Shown here: positions 62,234 through 64,000 of the stretch, piece after piece
Layout of the letters: every line of letters begins with the position of its first letter
How positions within the stretch are numbered: the first letter of the stretch is position 1
Source: Methanobacteriota archaeon
GTDB taxonomy: Archaea > Thermoplasmatota > Thermoplasmata > UBA10834
Assembly: GCA_020347565.1 (NCBI GenBank)
Contig: CP070732.1
Location: forward strand, 1,471,508-1,535,507
Length of the DNA: 64,000 nucleotides
Direction of reading: 5' to 3'
Notes under the pieces: generated by a model
Databases searched by the model: none
What the model saw: the letters and a program-made list of their open reading frames with translations, nothing else
What the model was told of the DNA's origin: nothing
Position numbers and translations under genes: made by a program

Positions 62234-64000
62234 CTATATGCGCACGGGACGGCCGATCGGCACCGTGAAATGGAAAGTGCTTCCGGCTCCCACCTTGCTC
62301 TCGAACCACATCTCGCCGCCGTGCTTCCTCACTATCTCCCTCGCGACGAACAGGCCGATTCCGACGCGTCCGTCCTCACGCGTCAGCCCCGCGTCGGCGA
62401 GGAAGAACTTGTCGAACACCTTGCCCCTGTCCTCCTCCGAAATGCCAACGCCCGTGTCCCTGACCCAGATGTGGACCTTGCCAGCGAGTATGTCTGCCCC
62501 TATCGTTATCTTGCCCCGTTTCTGCGTGTATCTCACGGCGTTGTTGAAGACCGTAGCGAGGGCGTCGTACATGCGGAGCCTGTCGGCGTTGACCACGGGC
62601 AGTTCGTTGCCGAACAGGATATTCACCTCGTGCTCCCTCGCCTGTATCTCATGCTCGTAGTCGGCGACGACCTCCCTCGCGATGGTAGCGAGGTTCACTG
62701 GCTCCAGGTCAAGCGTCAGGCTCTCCTCCTGGAGGCGAGCCATCTCCAGCATCTTGCTCACCAGGGAGTTGATGCGGTTGATGGAACTGAGCATCGTCGC
62801 GAACTTCTCCCTCAGCTTGGGAGGCACGTCGCCATACATGCCCTCAGAGGCCATCTCGAGGTAGCCGAGGATGGTGGTGAGCGGAGTCCTCAGCTCGTGC
62901 GATATGGTGTTCACGAGGCTGTCCTTCGCCTTGTCGAGCGTCTTCATGTCCTCGTACGCCTTCCTGACCGACTCGAAGTTTTCCCTGAGCTCCTCTCGCA
63001 GTCTGGCGTTCTCTATCGCTGCTGCGGCGTGCGTCGCGAACGGTATTGCTATCTCGTATTCCTGCTCGGTGAACTGCCTGTCCTTCTTCCTGAACAGCTC
63101 GAGCACGCCGACGACCTCGCCCGCCTTGCTCTTAAGCGGGATGCACATCATCCCCTGCCTCAACGTTACGGAGTCCAGCCCGGGGATGCTCTCCACCCGC
63201 GCGTCGTTCCACGCGTCGGCAACTATCTCCACCTTACCGGTCCTGGCGACCTCGCCCGCGAGCCCCGATATGGGTCCGATGTCTGCCATTATGACCTCCG
63301 CGAACTTGCCCGTCGCGAAGGCCGGCATCATCAGGTTACGTTCCCAGTCTATCAGGTACACGCTGATTTCCTCGAACGGGACGATCTTGTTCAGGCTCTC
63401 CGCCAGCTTTCCGAGCGTTTCCTTCAGGTCGACTGGCTCCTGAAGTACGGCCGTCGCCTCCGTCAATATCTTGTAGTTGCTGATGGTCTGGTTCAGCTCG
63501 TCTACGAGCTCGGCGTTGGCCACGGCGATCGAAGCGAGGCTGGCGAAGATCTCGAGGTTTATCACGAGGTTCTTCGAGGGTAGCTTGCGGTTCAGCGGCC
63601 CGTCCGGCTCGAGGAACCCGATGATGTTGCCGTCGCTGTCCTCGAAGGTCACGTAAAGCACATCGAGCTCGTGCCAGTCGTCCTCGCGCTCCCTCGGGAG
63701 CCCGGCCAGCTCCGGATGCAGCAGCCCGTAATAGCCATTCGTGTTCTCGCCGGGTTTCGCCTTGTAGATGTATGTGAACCTCCCGAGCTGCTCGGCCTCC
63801 CCGATCTCTCGCCGGAACTGGTCCATCGGTTTGGTGCTGCCGATGACCTGGTCGAACGCCTCCTCGGAATACCCTTTCGAAGCGATGAGCTTGAACTCGT
63901 TGCCCGTCTTGTTCATCAGGAAGGCGTCGCAACCTTCGAACCCGAAGCTGTCCGTGACGCTGTCGACGATCTGCCCGAACAGCTGTTGGATGTCACGGGT
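62234..64000 (-). CDS. Multi-GAF sensor histidine kinase; the 5' end runs past the right window edge
   Basis: The track starts it at Met 63916, but the frame stays open to base 64000 and reads TRDIQQLFGQIVDSVTDSFGFEGCDAFL(MNK..), a typical GAF-domain beginning. It has at least two GAF domains, HisKA ISHELRTPLTTILGYLEM, and HATPase NNAVRYT, VRDTGVGI, GIGLFVAREIV, GAGSTFHFTVP. Confidence 0.85.
   Translation of the reverse strand, partial: TRDIQQLFGQIVDSVTDSFGFEGCDAFLMNKTGNEFKLIASKGYSEEAFDQVIGSTKPMDQFRREIGEAEQLGRFTYIYKAKPGENTNGYYGLLHPELAGLPREREDDWHELDVLYVTFEDSDGNIIGFLEPDGPLNRKLPSKNLVINLEIFASLASIAVANAELVDELNQTISNYKILTEATAVLQEPVDLKETLGKLAESLNKIVPFEEISVYLIDWERNLMMPAFATGKFAEVIMADIGPISGLAGEVARTGKVEIVADAWNDARVESIPGLDSVTLRQGMMCIPLKSKAGEVVGVLELFRKKDRQFTEQEYEIAIPFATHAAAAIENARLREELRENFESVRKAYEDMKTLDKAKDSLVNTISHELRTPLTTILGYLEMASEGMYGDVPPKLREKFATMLSSINRINSLVSKMLEMARLQEESLTLDLEPVNLATIAREVVADYEHEIQAREHEVNILFGNELPVVNADRLRMYDALATVFNNAVRYTQKRGKITIGADILAGKVHIWVRDTGVGISEEDRGKVFDKFFLADAGLTREDGRVGIGLFVAREIVRKHGGEMWFESKVGAGSTFHFTVPIGRPVRI

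Noticed and set aside
1-64000. CRISPR arrays, transposases/IS elements, integrases, prophage or defence-island genes, rRNA and tRNA genes
   Set aside because: I scanned the intergenic regions and the ORF list. There are no spaced direct repeats of CRISPR type, no DDE/serine/tyrosine recombinase motifs, no terminal inverted repeats flanking a gene, and no cloverleaf-compatible sequences. The only GC-content anomaly is the intergenic spacer at 51.7-52.0 kb.

Overview
This is a gene-dense 64-kb stretch of about 60% GC that reads as archaeal chromosome. Supporting features are topoisomerase VI A/B, a DRG-type GTPase, a single-OB SSB with an RGG tail, DUF1616-like and PEF-CTERM-type envelope proteins, A/T-rich TATA elements 25-60 nt upstream of starts, and frequent 4-20 nt start/stop overlaps. 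Three uninterrupted (non-pyrrolysine) MttB-superfamily methyltransferases, a methyltransferase-type corrinoid protein and an HdrD-like protein suggest a methylotrophic Thermoplasmatota (Methanomassiliicoccales-like) host; this is inference only. I support 49 protein-coding genes. Two of them are cut by the window edges, and the ORF track misses or truncates both. I also support one gene interrupted by an in-frame TAA, a few promoter/operator-like elements and some repeats. I recognised no rRNA, tRNA, CRISPR array, transposase, integrase or obvious defence gene. Layout: a surface protein and oxidative-stress genes (0-4 kb); a solute-binding protein plus sensor kinase (4-7.3 kb); an MttB/corrinoid locus with GldA-like and ArsM-like neighbours (7.3-13.3 kb); an overlapping isochorismatase/flavoprotein/radical-SAM operon (14.8-17.4 kb); a C11 peptidase, SOR and HdrD-like protein (17.5-20.6 kb); a 10-kb block of only membrane or secreted proteins (20.7-31.3 kb); housekeeping genes (31-48 kb); a third MttB plus MFS (48.3-51.1 kb); and a 10-kb flavin/Fe-S cluster built around a split archaeal-type glutamate synthase (52.2-62.1 kb). 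Best leads: (1) the composite GlcD-like oxidase + duplicated GltB-FMN + GATase/GXGXG + NfnAB-like cluster, whose NfnA-like gene carries an in-frame TAA; (2) the non-Pyl MttB modules, whose corrinoid protein has Leu in place of the cobalt-ligating His; (3) a 528-nt structured intergenic region with mutually exclusive hairpins upstream of the redox cluster; (4) an orphan FtsX-type permease pair within the envelope block, and a PEF-CTERM/lamin-tail protein. All functional calls come from reading motifs by eye; no database search was run.
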